The position numbers and the translations under genes are program-made. A DNA stretch of 64,000 bases from Callorhinchus milii (Eukaryota): positions 5,766,001-5,830,000 of the forward strand of contig NW_024704765.1 in the NCBI RefSeq assembly GCF_018977255.1. The letters are read 5' to 3'. Shown here piece after piece: positions 1 through 18,146 of this stretch. The notes beneath the pieces are model-generated. The model searched no databases, was not told the DNA's origin, and worked only from the letters and a program-made list of their open reading frames with translations. Position 1 is the first letter of the stretch; the number at the start of each line of letters is the position of its first letter.

Positions 1-213
1 GAGGGGAAAGAGGTAATATGTACGTAGTTCCCCTGCCCTAATTCAATCATATTCTGATCAGCGACTGCATGTTCAGCCCCAAATATAACATTAACGTCCT
101 GGACAAATCTGTCTGTGGACACATAATGTACATTTCCTAATTATTTTTACAGAAAGGTGAGAATTGATTATTTTTTCATTGTGAGGTGGCAGCAGAAAGG
201 ACAGCACAGACCC

Positions 214-3200
214 TCATTGGTCTAACGGCTTTATGAAGTACAGTTGTTTCCGCAGGAAGTTGAACGATCCAGGGATCTGTTTGTATATTCCTTTGGCTTC
301 CTCGTCTTCCGAAATTCTCTTTGTCACCTGAACAGAAAAAGAGATGGGATTGAACCATTCAAAGAACCAGAGGCCTGAGCACTGCTGTTTCTCAGTTTAT
401 AACAAATTTGTAAAAGAAGCTATGAAAGCCAAGACAGATTCTGTCCACACCTGATATCCTTATAGAAGTGATGGCCAACACACAGGATACAGAGGTCAAT
501 TATATCCCCAACAACAACAATTTGCACTTATAGAGGGCCTTTTTTATGTCAGGAGGACGTCCCAAGGCATTGGACAAAGAGGGAGGGGGTTTGCATTTGA
601 GCTCCAGAGAGGGGTGGAGGAGCGAAAATGACCAAAGGCGCGGTTAAAAGGAAGGTCTTGAGATGGGCCTTGAAGGAGATAAGGAAGGGGGTGAGGCTGA
701 AATCAGGAGAGTACTAACCATTGTTAGAAGTCTTTGCAGATCTTCCAAATGAGCATATTCACTGAAAACTTCCACTAACGTTTTCATGTACCATGAACCT
801 CATTCTTGTCTCTCCAGGATACATAACCTGAGAGAAAGAACCAAAACAGCAGGTAAAACAATCTGTTGCTTCTTAACGATCGGAAAACAAAATAGGACTC
901 GGGTTTTATATTCAGAGGCACAGAATACAAAAGCAAGGAGTTGATATCAAACTTGACAAGACCTTGGCTACAGTTGGAGTATTGGATACAGTTTTGGGCA
1001 CCCCATTATAGGAAAGAAATAAAACCAATTGAAAAAGTTCAACATAGATTCGCTAGGATATTACCAAGGTTATGAGTTTCAATCATGTGGAGACACTTGA
1101 ACAATTAAGATGTTTCCTTTAATAGAGAGCAGAAGTTTAAGGAGTGACTCTCTTAGTTGTCTTGAAGATCATGAAGGGTAAATATTAATATTGTTAAAAG
1201 GGTAAATTTGAAAGTTAAAGGATAGACATTACTATTATTATTATATACTGACATCAGCATGGGTGCTATTCCCTGTAAACAAGATGCTCTGCTTGAGGAG
1301 GTTAGGATACCTGGGAATGTGGAGTAGGAAACCAAGATGTCACTGGGTGTTGGTAAGCTCGATGTTGCATCAATTTCATCCAACGTCTGACAGGGAACTG
1401 CGTCCATTTGCAAGCTCTCACCACTCGAAAGTAAACCAGGAGCACCATCAATTTCATCAGCTGTCTTGAATCCAAGATCCTTCATCCCTGTTAGAATAGT
1501 AAAGGTTCACTGTTCATTGGACCCGAGCTGGGGGTTGGGATCAGGAAGGATGGAGGGCAGGGATAAAAGGGTGTCCAAAAGCACAGTCAAAGAGGAGGTC
1601 TTGAGACAAGAAAGGGAGCGAGGTGAAAGAACTGTGGGATGGAGTTCCAAAGGGTAGAGGCCAGGTCACTGGGACTCGAATATTCAAGAAACAACTAAGT
1701 GCTGAAGTGAGAAAGTGGGTATTCTGGAAGGATGTGATCAAATGAACCAAACATCCGACCACTTGCCTACACACTATCCATACAAGTCAGAAATAACCAC
1801 GGTACATACCTCCACCACAGGCTTGAATAAAGAACAATTTGGGTTTTTTACGTAGTGTTGGGCAGTTTGACCCATCAAAGTGCCTAACAATTTGCTGGAC
1901 AGATATTGGATTTCCATCTACTCCATAAATAGCGCCTGGAAACTGACTGTGCTGAGCCTAAGTAAGAAAAAGCAAAATGTATACATTATGTTTTTGTGTC
2001 TTTTCCACCCCCTTTCTTCCCTACCAAGGAAGGCACAGTAACAAGAAGCAGAAGCTAAGAATCACAATTAAAATTAGTATAAGAGGAGATTAGTATTCTC
2101 TACACAGGTGGCTGGAATGTGCAATTCTCTGCCACAAAGCTCAAAGATATTGTTAAAAGGGAATTAAATACTTGAAGAAAGTAATAATAAAGAATGTGGG
2201 GAGGAGGCAGGAGAATGAGATTAAAAGATTTGTTTTAACCCCTTATAACATAAGCTCTTCACAGATAATTGCAGACAAGTATAGTGATGTGGCAGCCACT
2301 CTAAGCACAGCAAAGCCAGGATATATCTCACCTCATTGCCATGTGAAAGAAGGACAACAACACAACAATCAAAACGGGTATGATCCTTGTGAGCCAATTC
2401 TCTCAGCTCCTTCTCCAGTTCCTGTCAGAAAGAACACAGGAGCAGTGTTAAGACATGCCAATTTATAATTTACTGCTAGCCAGTAAAATAACCTGCACAT
2501 TCACATAAAAAGGCTCAAAACTGGTCTTGTTATAATAAATAATAGCCACAATAATGATCCTTGTATTTGATGTAGCATCCCTCACGCCAGGATGGCTCAA
2601 AGGGCTTCACAGGATTTACTGTAAAGTGTAATTACCGTATTTGTGTTTGGAGGTGAATGAAATGAGGAAAATAAGAGGACTGAGAATAAAGTTATGGGAT
2701 GATGTGATTCAGGTATTAAAATAATGAAAGAAAATGTCAGGCTACATAATGGGGAAGTAAAGATCATGGAGAGGAAAGGTGGGTAAATAGGATTAAAACA
2801 TTTGCCCACGATCTAATAGGACAAATTCAATCAACTACTGCTGTTCCTATCTTCCTTGTTATACTATTGTTGGGTTAAAAAAAAACTCACTTGTTTGGTC
2901 AAATTTTGTTTCGCAATGACTTCAAACTGCAGCTTCTTGAAGAGCCTCTTGACGTTGTCACGGTCAATGTCCGAGCCCTCACGCCTGCCCAGACGACTGC
3001 TTTTAGAGAAGTCCACATTGTTGATGATCAAACAGTAGCCACGAGGAACCACATCCATTTTGTAAATCTAAATAAACGAGTATCAAAGATTTATGACCAT
3101 TCGGGGACCAACTCACGTTTGATCAAATAGTTTATAGTGGCTAATGAATAATGAAGTTAGGTGAGGTTCTAGGACACCCTTACCCTGTGGTATAAAGAGT

Positions 3201-4759
3201 AAGTGGGAGGGAGAAAACTGGCAAAGAGGAAAAAGAAATCTCCTGGGCAAATACACTAGGAGCTACGTATGGGATCAAGTTTCCTCCAAAAGCTCCTCCT
3301 CTCACATCAGAGCATCAATTGTTTTCAATTCCCATAATAACCATCCAATGGCTTCTACCAAAGAACTACCAAAGACTCCACGACAATATTGGGGTGGGGG
3401 GAACTCACCATCTCATCATTCCAGTTCCTGCCTAGCTTTGGCTTTCTACAAATGTTGAGATCAGTATCTGAACCTGCAACACAAGATCAGAAGTGAGTGA
3501 GTGATATTCTAGACTGGGTGGGGGGGTGGAGAGCCAACCTTCTGGCTGCTGAGGGCCAGGTGCCTGATTTGAGAAACGCCCAAGGGCCACATAAGCAACA
3601 TTTTTGTGTTTCCAGAACATAATCCGTAAGAATCACACGTGTTCTAAAACTGTATAACTATTACTTAATTTCACTGGATTGTGGTTACGGTGCAAGCTTT
3701 AACCATGAGGTTAAAGAATTCATAACCCAGTGAGAAATTAGGTTTTTTTTCAAAGCAACAACTTGCATTTATATCGCGCCCAGAGTGCTTAAACACCTTA
3801 CATACACTGTACTGGAGCTGGAGGGCGAACCGGGGTGTATTCAGGCCAGGACGTCTTTGGTCTACCAGGGTGTTTGGTGAGTCCCTCCTGTAATAGCTTC
3901 ACAAGCTCATGTTGACCAGTTTCCTCCAGACTCTCCAAAAAAGCAGGAAAGGCTCTTCTTCCACGAGTCTGCAAATCGATCACCAGCTGTCGGGCTTGAT
4001 CCCTGCGTGTGCCCGATTTCTGCAGTCAAACCAATTCGCCGTGAACTTTGAATGCTCATGACTTCGTTACTTTGGGCCGGCCGGACGCAGTAACTGCCCC
4101 GTAACATAACGTGCACTCGTACATTGCACTTACATTGCGACTCTCGTGCAGGAGAACGTCTACGGAGACTCGAAGCCCTTCACAGACTATACTGTAAAGC
4201 GAACTGACCGTGTATTTAGTGGGCGAATCTCGCCAGCCGGTTGTGCCCTGTGTGATTCCGGGTCAGCCCGGCCATAGGTAAACCTGCTGCTCTCCTTGCC
4301 ACTGAGTTATAATAGCTTATCAGCAACGAGAACCACACTCAGCCCCACTGAGCTTTGAGCCCAATTCTCTCCTCCCCGTCCTGTCCTGACCCCCCACCCT
4401 GTCCTGACCCCCCCCCCCGTCCTGTCCTGACCCCCCCCCCGTCCTGTCCTGACCCCCCCCCCGTCCTGTCTTGACCCGTCCTGACCCCTCCACCCCTGTC
4501 CTGACCCCTCCACCCCTGTCTTGACCCCACCTCTCCACCTCTGTCCTGACCCCTTCACCTCTGTCCTGACCCCCCACCCGTCATGACTCCCCCACCCCTG
4601 TCCTGACCCCCCCCCCGCCCCTCCTACCTGGATCTCCTCCAACATGTCCTGAGAGAAGATCCCTTTCGCCAACAGCGGATCGAGCAGGAGCTCTGGCTGC
4701 AGCTCGGTGACCAGCTCCACCCGGCGCCGCCGCAGGAGCTGCCTGTGTCCCTCCTCCAT
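214..4759 (-). CDS. CASP9: Caspase-9 (9 coding exons; 1-nt frameshift in exon 8 as given)
   Basis: Exons (minus strand): 4759-4628, 4019-3806, 3473-3409, 3067-2891, 2421-2332, 1957-1810, 1487-1311, 827-719, 327-214, all GT-AG. Translation gives a CARD ([17 protein letters not shown]...[15 protein letters not shown]), the catalytic His motif LSHG, the caspase-9-diagnostic QACGG, linker LQMD-AVPC and [21 protein letters not shown] and C-terminal [16 protein letters not shown]. About 408 aa if the exon-8 frameshift is corrected. Confidence 0.95.
520..700 (-). mobile_element. L2-type LINE/SINE 3' end fragment in a CASP9 intron
   Basis: (CAA)n tail plus tgcacttatagagggcctt...tgtcaggaggacgtcccaaggca is the reverse complement of the 3' tail seen at 63860-63920 and in the SINEs. 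Confidence 0.55.
900..1200 (+). mobile_element. CR1-like LINE 3' ORF2 remnant
   Basis: Degenerate translation RGTEYKSKE...[32 protein letters not shown] resembles the conserved CR1 ORF2 C-terminal region. Confidence 0.7.
4375..4620. repeat. GC-rich minisatellite (~20-22-bp unit, GTCCTGACCCC-based) at the start of CASP9 intron 1
   Basis: Repeated ctgtcctgacccccccccc units are directly visible. The CASP9 sense strand is G-rich. Confidence 0.9.
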
Positions 4760-5170
4760 TCTCCTCACTCAGGCAGGTAACCGACGCCGTCACTTCCGCC
4801 CGGCCGCGGCCACGCACTTCCGGGAGAGTGCGGAACATCACTGAGGGGGGGACCGGCTGCCCGGACCCGCGGCCTCGGGGGGGGGGAACCTTTCCCTGTT
4901 ACACCGCAGTGACCAGTTGGCCGCGTCTGATTGGTCGGCTCGAGCCGCCGTTGCTGACAGTTGTTTTACCGCCTCTCTTCGGGGGGGAGGCGGACGGGTT
5001 TCTGTCGTGTTTTCGGCTCCGGGGGCGTTAATAATAAAACAAACAACACCGGGCGGAAGGCAAGAGAAACGCGGCTTTAAATCAGCTCCAAAACGAGCGG
5101 GAAAGCCGAGGGGGGGAAAGAGAGACCGGAAGTGACGCTCACGGTTTCCGGTTCCTGCACAGGGGTCAAG
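4760..5170. promoter_or_regulatory. Bidirectional CpG-island promoter shared by CASP9 and DDOST
   Basis: Only 411 bp separate the divergent ATGs and the region is CpG-rich. ETS-CRE-like SCGGAAGTGACG occurs at 4799-4788 (-) and 5126-5137 (+), with another ETS site near 4815-4823, a reverse CCAAT (ATTGG) at ~4930 and a YY1-like CAAGATGGCGGC over the DDOST ATG. Confidence 0.8.
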
Positions 5171-10888
<5,718 letters not shown>

Positions 10889-11524
10889 GCTAGGACGAAC
10901 TAGCGCGTCGCGGAGAATTTCTAAAGCTGGAAATTTTAGTTTAGGTTTAAATTGGTGATGGGCTTGTACAGACACAGACACGCTCCGGGCTGGAATTTAC
11001 ATGCACTGGGACCAGACCTGCACCATCTTGAGAGCCACCAAGTTGGCAGGACACACATCCCCAATACTGCTGCTGATTCAATGGTTGTGGACGAGCTGAA
11101 TGTGTGACTTCTCGTGTACTGGGTGATGTAGCTGTACAGTTGTGAGCCTGATCTTTCCATTTGGAGGATTAATTTACTGATTTTTTTTGTGTGTGTGTGT
11201 GTGCAGTTAAGAAGAAAAGATCTAGAAAAGCTGCCTTAAAGTTCTAAACCTTTTGGGGTTGGCTTGCAAGAGTTCGACTGTTGAAGCTTTTTTGTATCAC
11301 TAGTGCTGATCAGAACATCCTGTTTCAAGTTATTAAACCACTCTGCCTCCTGGTTGAGGCCTGTTACCAGTCTGAAGAAGAGATTAAAATGAGCCAGAGG
11401 AAATTTTTATATTCGGATTGATCTGATAAAACATTTTAATTTGGAATGCCTCCTCCAATTGCTCCTAGCTGCGTTTCCACATTAACGTATGTCTGCTTTG
11501 AGATTCATCGTCCAGACCGTGAAA

Positions 11525-11530
11525 AATAAA
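11525..11530 (+). terminator. Candidate polyadenylation signal for DDOST
   Basis: AATAAA ~640 nt after the stop, followed by GT/T-rich sequence. Confidence 0.55.
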
Positions 11531-11849
11531 ATTTAACATTCCGCCTGTTGATTTTTTGGGGCTTCTTTAGCCGTGTAACTGACTTTTTTTTTTGGTTGCG
11601 TACGCTACAGTCGTTGGGTCTCTTTGTACCTGTATTGCCTTTGGTGGCATTTTGGTGTCCTGCCTTCTACAATATTAATCCTAACTCCTGGATCAAAGGG
11701 AGTTTGGTAGATGCCAAGGTAGATGCGCTATTTTGTTCACCACAAGGTCCCCCCCGCCCCCCCCAAAAAAAAATTCACCATGAGGTCAATGATCAATTAC
11801 TCTTGAGGATTACTGGCTAAAACATTGGGTGACGGGACAAGCCCTCTCC

Positions 11850-12547
11850 AAGGACTTATTAACCGGTGCAACGCTAGACCAGGACGGGGGGGGTGGGGGG
11901 GGGATACACGCTAAGGCCGTGGTGCACGTACGGTCTTATCTGTTTCAAGACTGAGATAGGGCGGGTGGTGCGTTGGGAACGGGGTGGGTGGGGGGTGCGG
12001 GGGGGGGGGGGGGGTGGGTCGAGGGGAGGCGACGAGGCGGAGCGATGTGCTGGCTGGGAGGGGCGCGGAGCCCTGCCCTGGATCCCTCGGCCCGGGGGCC
12101 GCCCGCGGGACGCCGCCAGACATTTTTACGGCGGTGCGTCCGTCCGCCCGTCCGTGCGGGGCAGCGCGGTGCGAGAGGCGAGGGGTGTCACCGGTGGGTG
12201 GGGGGGGTGGGTGGGGGGAGAAGGGGGGGGTCGACCCTCGAGCGGAAAACGAACGAACGAACAAACAAAACAGCGCCAAAGTTTTAAGGCCATCGATCCG
12301 AGTGAAGGCAACGAGCGGGACACGTGGGGGGGGGTCACGTGGCCCGAGCACGGCCGGTCAGCTTTACGGCAGCCCCCCCGTGGGTTGGGCTCTCTTTGCG
12401 ACAGCGGTGGCGGGTGTTTGCGACAGTGCGGCGCGCGGCTCGTTGTCGGCCGCGGACTTGGCGGCGCGCGGTGAGGCGGAGCTCGGGCCCCGGAGACAGA
12501 CAGACAGACAGACCGGGAGGGAGGGAGGGAGGGAGAGCATCGCCGCC
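11850..12547 (+). promoter_or_regulatory. CpG-island promoter and 5' UTR of DDI2
   Basis: High CpG density; two E-boxes (CACGTG at 12321-12326, GTCACGTGG at 12334-12342); Kozak GCCGCCATG at 12542-12550. Confidence 0.7.
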
Positions 12548-15500
12548 ATGTTCCTGACCGTGTACTGTGTGCGGCGGGACCTGAGCGAGCTGACCTTCAC
12601 TCTGCAGGTGGACGGCGGCCTGGAGCTCGAGACGCTGCGGGCCCTGTGTGAGCTGGAGAGCGGCGTCCCCGCGGCCGAGAGCCAGGTACACCCCCCCTCA
12701 CACTCCCCCCCTCACACTGCCCCTCACACTGCCCCTCACACTCCCCCTCACACTCCCCCCCTCACTCCCCCTCACCCTCCCCCCTCACACTCACCCTCCC
12801 CTCACACTCCCCCTCCCCCCTCACACTCCCCCCCTCACACTGCCCCCCCCCTCACACTGCCCCTCACCCTCCCTCCCTCACACTGCCCCCTCACCCCTCA
12901 CACTGCCCCCTCACACTCCCCCCTCACACTGCCCCCCCCCCTCACACTGCCCTCACCCTCCCTCCCTCACACACCCCCTCACACTCCCCCCTCACACTGC
13001 CCCCTCACCCCCCTCACACTGCCCCTCACACTCCCCCCCCTCACACTCCCCCCTCACACTCCCCCTCACACTCCCCCTCCCCTCACCCCCCTCACTCCCC
13101 CCTCACACTGCCCCTCACACTCCCCCTCACACTCCCCCCCCTCACACTCCCCTCACACTGCCCCCCCCCTCACACTCCCCTCACCCCCTCACACTGCCCC
13201 TCACCCTCCCCCCCCTCACACTGCCCCCCCCTCACACTCCCCCTCACACTCCCCCTCACACTGCCCCTCACACTCCCCCTCACACTCCCCCCTCCCCTCA
13301 CCCCCTCACACTCCCCCTCCCCCTCACACTCCTCCCTCACCCCCCTCACACTCCTCCCTCACCCCCCCTCACACTCCCCCCTCAGCCCCCCTCACACTCC
13401 CCCCTCACTCCTCCTCACCCTCCCCCATACCCCCCTCTCCCTCACACTCCCCCTCCCCCTCTCACACTCTCCCCCTCCCCCTCCCACTCCTCCCTCCCCC
13501 TCCCCCTCCCCCACACACACAGGTTTTCCCCCCCACCCACACACACACACACCAGTCCCCACAACAGGGCCCTGGGGACACACCCAGAGCCAGGCTGCGG
13601 AAAAATACGCTCACTCACTCCCATCTAGTCCAGAGAGAGAAGGAAGGGCAGCCCTGTAATATGTAATGGAGCCCATCCGTGTGCGCGTGTGTGTATATAT
13701 ATATACAGTGTTTATGTAATATATATATATATTATAAATTTTGAGAGCGGGATGGGGCAGTTAGAGTTGGGCGTAAAGAGAAAGAAGGCATTGTTGTAGA
13801 AAGTGAAAGAGAATTACACAGCAATATAAATCTATGAATAGGCCACTTCCTGATTAATTTGTCAGTGGTATTGCTCAGGCAAGTTGTCACACTCTACATA
13901 TCATTACCAGCATAGATGCCGAACAACTGTGCAAACCTACGGTAAACAAATCCCAAGGGCCGGATAAATTACATCCGAGAATCCTTAAGGAACTAAGGAA
14001 GGGAATTGCAGGAACTCTGGCACAAATCTTTCAGACATCACTGGATACTGGAGAGATACTGGGGAAAGGCAGATGTTACTCCTATTTTTTTTGAAAAGGC
14101 AAGAAACGTGACGCAGGAAACTACAGACAAGTGTGTATGACATCCATTGTGGGTAAAGTTGTGGAGACTTTTATTAAAAATAAGATCGTGGAGCATCTGG
14201 ACAGTAAGCAAATGATAAAAGATAGTCAGTATGGGTTTATGAAGTGGAGATCCAGCCAAACCAATTCACTGGTTTTCTTTCTTTGGTTTTGTGTGTCAAA
14301 GGAGCTTGATAAGGGTAAGACAGTGAATGTTGTATATTTGTGTTTGTGCCCAATTAATACATGGATCGTTGGGAAAGAATTCCCCATCAAAATCTGTCAG
14401 TAAGGCATTCCGTTTTGTTTCTGTGTTAGATATTATTTGCAGAGCATGCGCTGACAGACAATCGCCGGACACTGGAAGCGTATGGACTGAAGGATGGTGA
14501 TGTGGTTGTCTTGCGTCAATTGGATAGACCACAGGTGCAGACTGGCCTGCAGCTCCCCGGGGCATCGGGTAAGAAATGCCAGAAAAGGGCAGCTGGTACT
14601 TTTGATTTGGATCAAATATTTCTTGTGCATCAACTCCATGCCTGCCACACACACAATGATCATTTAAGAAATACCTTTCATCATTGTGGTCCACCATTTC
14701 CCCTCCGCATGGCTTTTATGGTCCATCAACTCTCTAAAATGGCACAACGGTGAGATCTTCTCTCCTCCCGAACAGGCTCTGCTGTGTTTTTTTTAAAAAC
14801 AGTATTGCTGTCGAAATACAGTATCAAAAATTGGAGAAGCCAACAATCTTCTAGATTAATTGCCCATTGATCTTAAGACGGTTTGCGACACCTTGCTGTG
14901 TATAAAATGGTTGTTTTGTTTGTCTATAATGTTTTGGGGTGGGTAGAAGGGGTGAGGGTAGGGAGAGTGTGTGTGAGGGGGCAAGGGGGGGGTAATAATT
15001 ATTGTAATGCGCTTGGATTTGTTTTGTCACAGAAGGCAATATAAAAATGCAAGTTATTTTTGTCTAAGGGGAAAAGAGGATGAAATCCTGCCATCATTAC
15101 TAAAGTAGTTTAACAGGATGAATGGCCTGTCTCCATTTATGGCATCACTACATCATCTGATGCTTGGTGCAGCTAGTTCAGTTCTCCTCTTGACCTCTGT
15201 GTTTCATTTTCCTCTTCAGGACTTCCCAGGATTGACTTCAGTAGTATATCAGTGCCTGGAGCTTCGGTGCCAAGCAGACCACCCACTGGAACGTCTGTCC
15301 AGCAGCTGCCAAATCCAGCCTCCACCAGTGCTACCAGCTCTCCGCCCCCTGTTCCAACCCAACATGGATTGGAAAATAACCCAACATTACTAAGGGACAT
15401 GCTTTTAGCAAACCCACATGAGCTGTCCCTGCTCAAGGAGCGTAACCCTCCTCTTGCTGAAGCATTGCTGAGTGGAGACCTAGGTAAATATTGTCAGTTG

Positions 15501-16919
15501 TTTTAATTGCTCTCTATGTGGTTTACAGTTCCCTTATTACTATATGATTGTTTGCAAGATTGGTTGCACAATTGTATGGCGTTCTTATTCAACAGGGTGG
15601 TCGGTGAGGGTTGTTACTGTCTGTGTAAGTGTACAACGATTCTATTAGTTCAGCCGGTTCAGGGTCATTTTGTCCTGACTGTTCTTTGAACCCACAGAGA
15701 AGTTCACCAAAGTGCTGCGCGAGCAACAGTCAGAGCGAGCCCGCCGTGAGCAGGAGCGGATAAGACTTCTAAACGCTGACCCCTTTGACCTCGAGGCTCA
15801 GGCTAAGATTGAGGAAGACATCAGGTACGCGAGATGCACTGCTTGTTTTCAAATTTCCTTCAGTGACAGTAATAGCCCAGTACTGTGTTCCGTGTTGAGC
15901 ACTTTCTCAACATAGGGTTTGCTGGGTTAGTGCTAAATGCGCAGCTGATACATTACACTGACCAAGCTCAATCCACTGATACATTTTCTGATGCACTTTG
16001 TTAGTGCACATCGATCTATAATAATGTATAATAATAATCGTCCTTGCATGTAATACTTTATGCAAGTATTATTATGATATATTTAGCAATCTGATTTGCC
16101 AGTCTGTGATGTTGTAGTAACATTTGCTGTCTTACAATAGGCAGCAGAACATTGAGGAAAACATGACAATCGCAATGGAGGAATCGCCGGAGAGCTTTGG
16201 CCAAGTAGTGATGCTGTACATCAACTGCAAAGTCAACGGCCACCCAGTCAAGGCCTTTGTGGATTCAGGTCGGTACTTTAATTCAGTTCAACAATCGACT
16301 GGTTGAAGTATGTGCCAAAATGTGTCTGACAACTTTGAACTGTCTCTGACACAGGAGCACAGATGACAATCATGAGCCAGGCCTGCGCTGAGAGGTGCAA
16401 CATCATGCGACTGGTGGACAGGCGGTGGGCAGGCATCGCTAAAGGCGTTGGCACACAAAAAATCATTGGCAGAGTTCATCTGGGTGAGTAGGAATGACTT
16501 ATCATTACTGTCGTGGAGCATCTAGACAGTAATACAAAGATAAAAGATAGCCAATGTGGGTTCATGAAGGGGAGATCCTGCCAAAATAATTTACTGGTTT
16601 TCTTTGACTGTGCGATAAAAGAGCTTGATAAGGGTAAGGCTGTGGATATTATATATCGGGATTTCAGTAAGGACTTTGATACAGTTCCTCATGGACGGCT
16701 GATACTGAAAATGAAGAAAGTGGGAATCAGAGGAAGTATCTTGCACTGCATATGTAATTATCTGACCGATAGAATCCAGAGAGTGGTGGTACAGGGAATG
16801 TCCTCAGGCTGGGAGAATGTGTTTTCCGTATATTCTGACCAACATGGAGTCATAGTTTCAGCTTTTGACTTAATGGAAAGAAAAGGTTATGGGAATATCT
16901 TTTTATTGTTTATTGTTGA

Positions 16920-16954
<35 letters not shown>

Positions 16955-18103
16955 GGATATTTTGGTCAGTTGGTGTGTTTGTGTTGTACAGCCCAGGTGC
17001 AAATTGAAGGTGACTTCCTGCCATGCTCCTTCTCTATCCTGGAGGACCAGCCAATGGACATGTTACTTGGACTAGACATGCTAAAAAGACACCAGGTAAG
17101 AGGCTGAGTGTCCAGTTCTAGTTAGTGGAGCAGCCACACTCCTACAAAGAGAATCTGTCCCATTATTAAATTATGTACATTACAATTAAGCGGACATTTA
17201 AGATTATTTTTTGAAATTCTGCACAGTCTTCAATTTCAATGCAGTGATAATAAGCCTAAGATGGTGAATCATCTCAGCCCTCGGGATCTTTTGGTTTGAA
17301 TTTGTTTCTGTGTGTTAATTTCTGTTGCCTTCTATTTGATTGCTGCGTTGCCAGTGTTCCATTGACCTGAAGCGGGATGTGGTGGTGATTGGCACAACAG
17401 GAACAGAGACCCGGTTTCTGCCTGAGGCGGAGCTCCCCGAGTGTGCGCGACTGGCATATGGCATCCCACGCGATGATCTCCGTCCTGAGGAGATGGCAGA
17501 CCAGGAGCTCGCTGAAGCGTTACAGCGATCTTCAGAGGAATCGGGTAATTCACAAAATCTCTCTTTACAAAAATGTAGCATGGGTTCCCAGAGTGACATT
17601 ACAAACCCGTGGTACCCATGTGGGCAGATATATCTACTGGATAAACCCTTAGTTCTCCTTTTTCCTCCCAAACAACTAACCTTCAGGAGGATATCGGAAG
17701 GGTTGGAGAGGCTCAGAGGAGAGCAGGAGAAACCTATGGCTCTAACATATGCGGAAAGACTTGCACAGCTGAACTTCAAGCCAAACTGAAAGGGAAAATC
17801 CAGAGCTTTACGCTGTTGAGGGGTGTTAATTTTCTAAATGTAAGAGAGATATCGAGATAGATTGTGAGAGCAGAAGTAAACCCAGAGTTGTTGGCCTTGC
17901 TCTTTTGTAAAGGGAAGTTCGACCTTGTGACATTGGCAGACCCTGGGATTGCTAATGGAATCTGGACTCCAGCTGTGTGGCTGCATTGTGACTGCATTAC
18001 CTCATGACGATGTATTAACATGCATGCTGCATGCTTGAGTTTGTTAATCACGTCTGGCGTTGTGGTTTGTTTTCTCATCCTAACAGGACCCCCGCATCAC
18101 TGA
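12548..18103 (+). CDS. DDI2: DNA-damage-inducible 1 homolog 2 aspartic protease, short isoform (UBL-HDD-RVP-UIM), 411 aa
   Basis: Exons 12548-12685, 14430-14568, 15220-15483, 15698-15824, 16141-16268, 16355-16483, 16992-17095, 17355-17544, 18087-18103. [25 protein letters not shown]; LPRIDFSSI; [26 protein letters not shown]; retroviral-like protease [14 protein letters not shown]; UIM-like [12 protein letters not shown]; ends GPPHH*. Confidence 0.95.
12690..13550. repeat. C-rich minisatellite (~12-bp CCCCTCACACT(C/G) unit) at the start of DDI2 intron 1
   Basis: About 860 bp of near-tandem cccctcacactc/g starting 5 nt after the exon-1 donor. Confidence 0.95.
13945..14345 (+). mobile_element. 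CR1 LINE ORF2 (RT-proximal) fragment in DDI2 intron 1
   Basis: Translates to [13 protein letters not shown]...[28 protein letters not shown]...SQYGFMK, typical of CR1 ORF2. Confidence 0.85.
16512..16830 (+). mobile_element. CR1 LINE RT fragment in DDI2 intron 6
   Basis: [20 protein letters not shown]...[28 protein letters not shown] matches RT motifs; it overlaps and resembles the 14186-14340 part of the other copy. Confidence 0.9.
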
Positions 18104-18146
18104 TGCATGTTGTGTTTGTACTACGCTGAAGATGATCACAGTCCAG
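18087..18146 (+). other. DDI2: Putative 60-nt stop-codon cassette exon of DDI2
   Basis: Acceptor tttgttttctcatcctaacag|GA CCC CCG CAT CAC TGA; candidate donor CAG|gtatt at 18146/18147, 43 nt after the stop. Confidence 0.6.

Noticed and set aside
828-1310. Possible U12 intron in CASP9 (donor GTATCCTAAC)
   Set aside because: It departs from GTATCCTT at +8, and the acceptor has an ordinary polypyrimidine tract with no close U12 branch site; likely U2.
11984-13666. 560-aa ORF containing DDI2 exon 1
   Set aside because: It is a stop-poor CpG island plus exon 1 plus C-rich minisatellite. The Kozak ATG (12548) and donor (12685) delimit the true exon.
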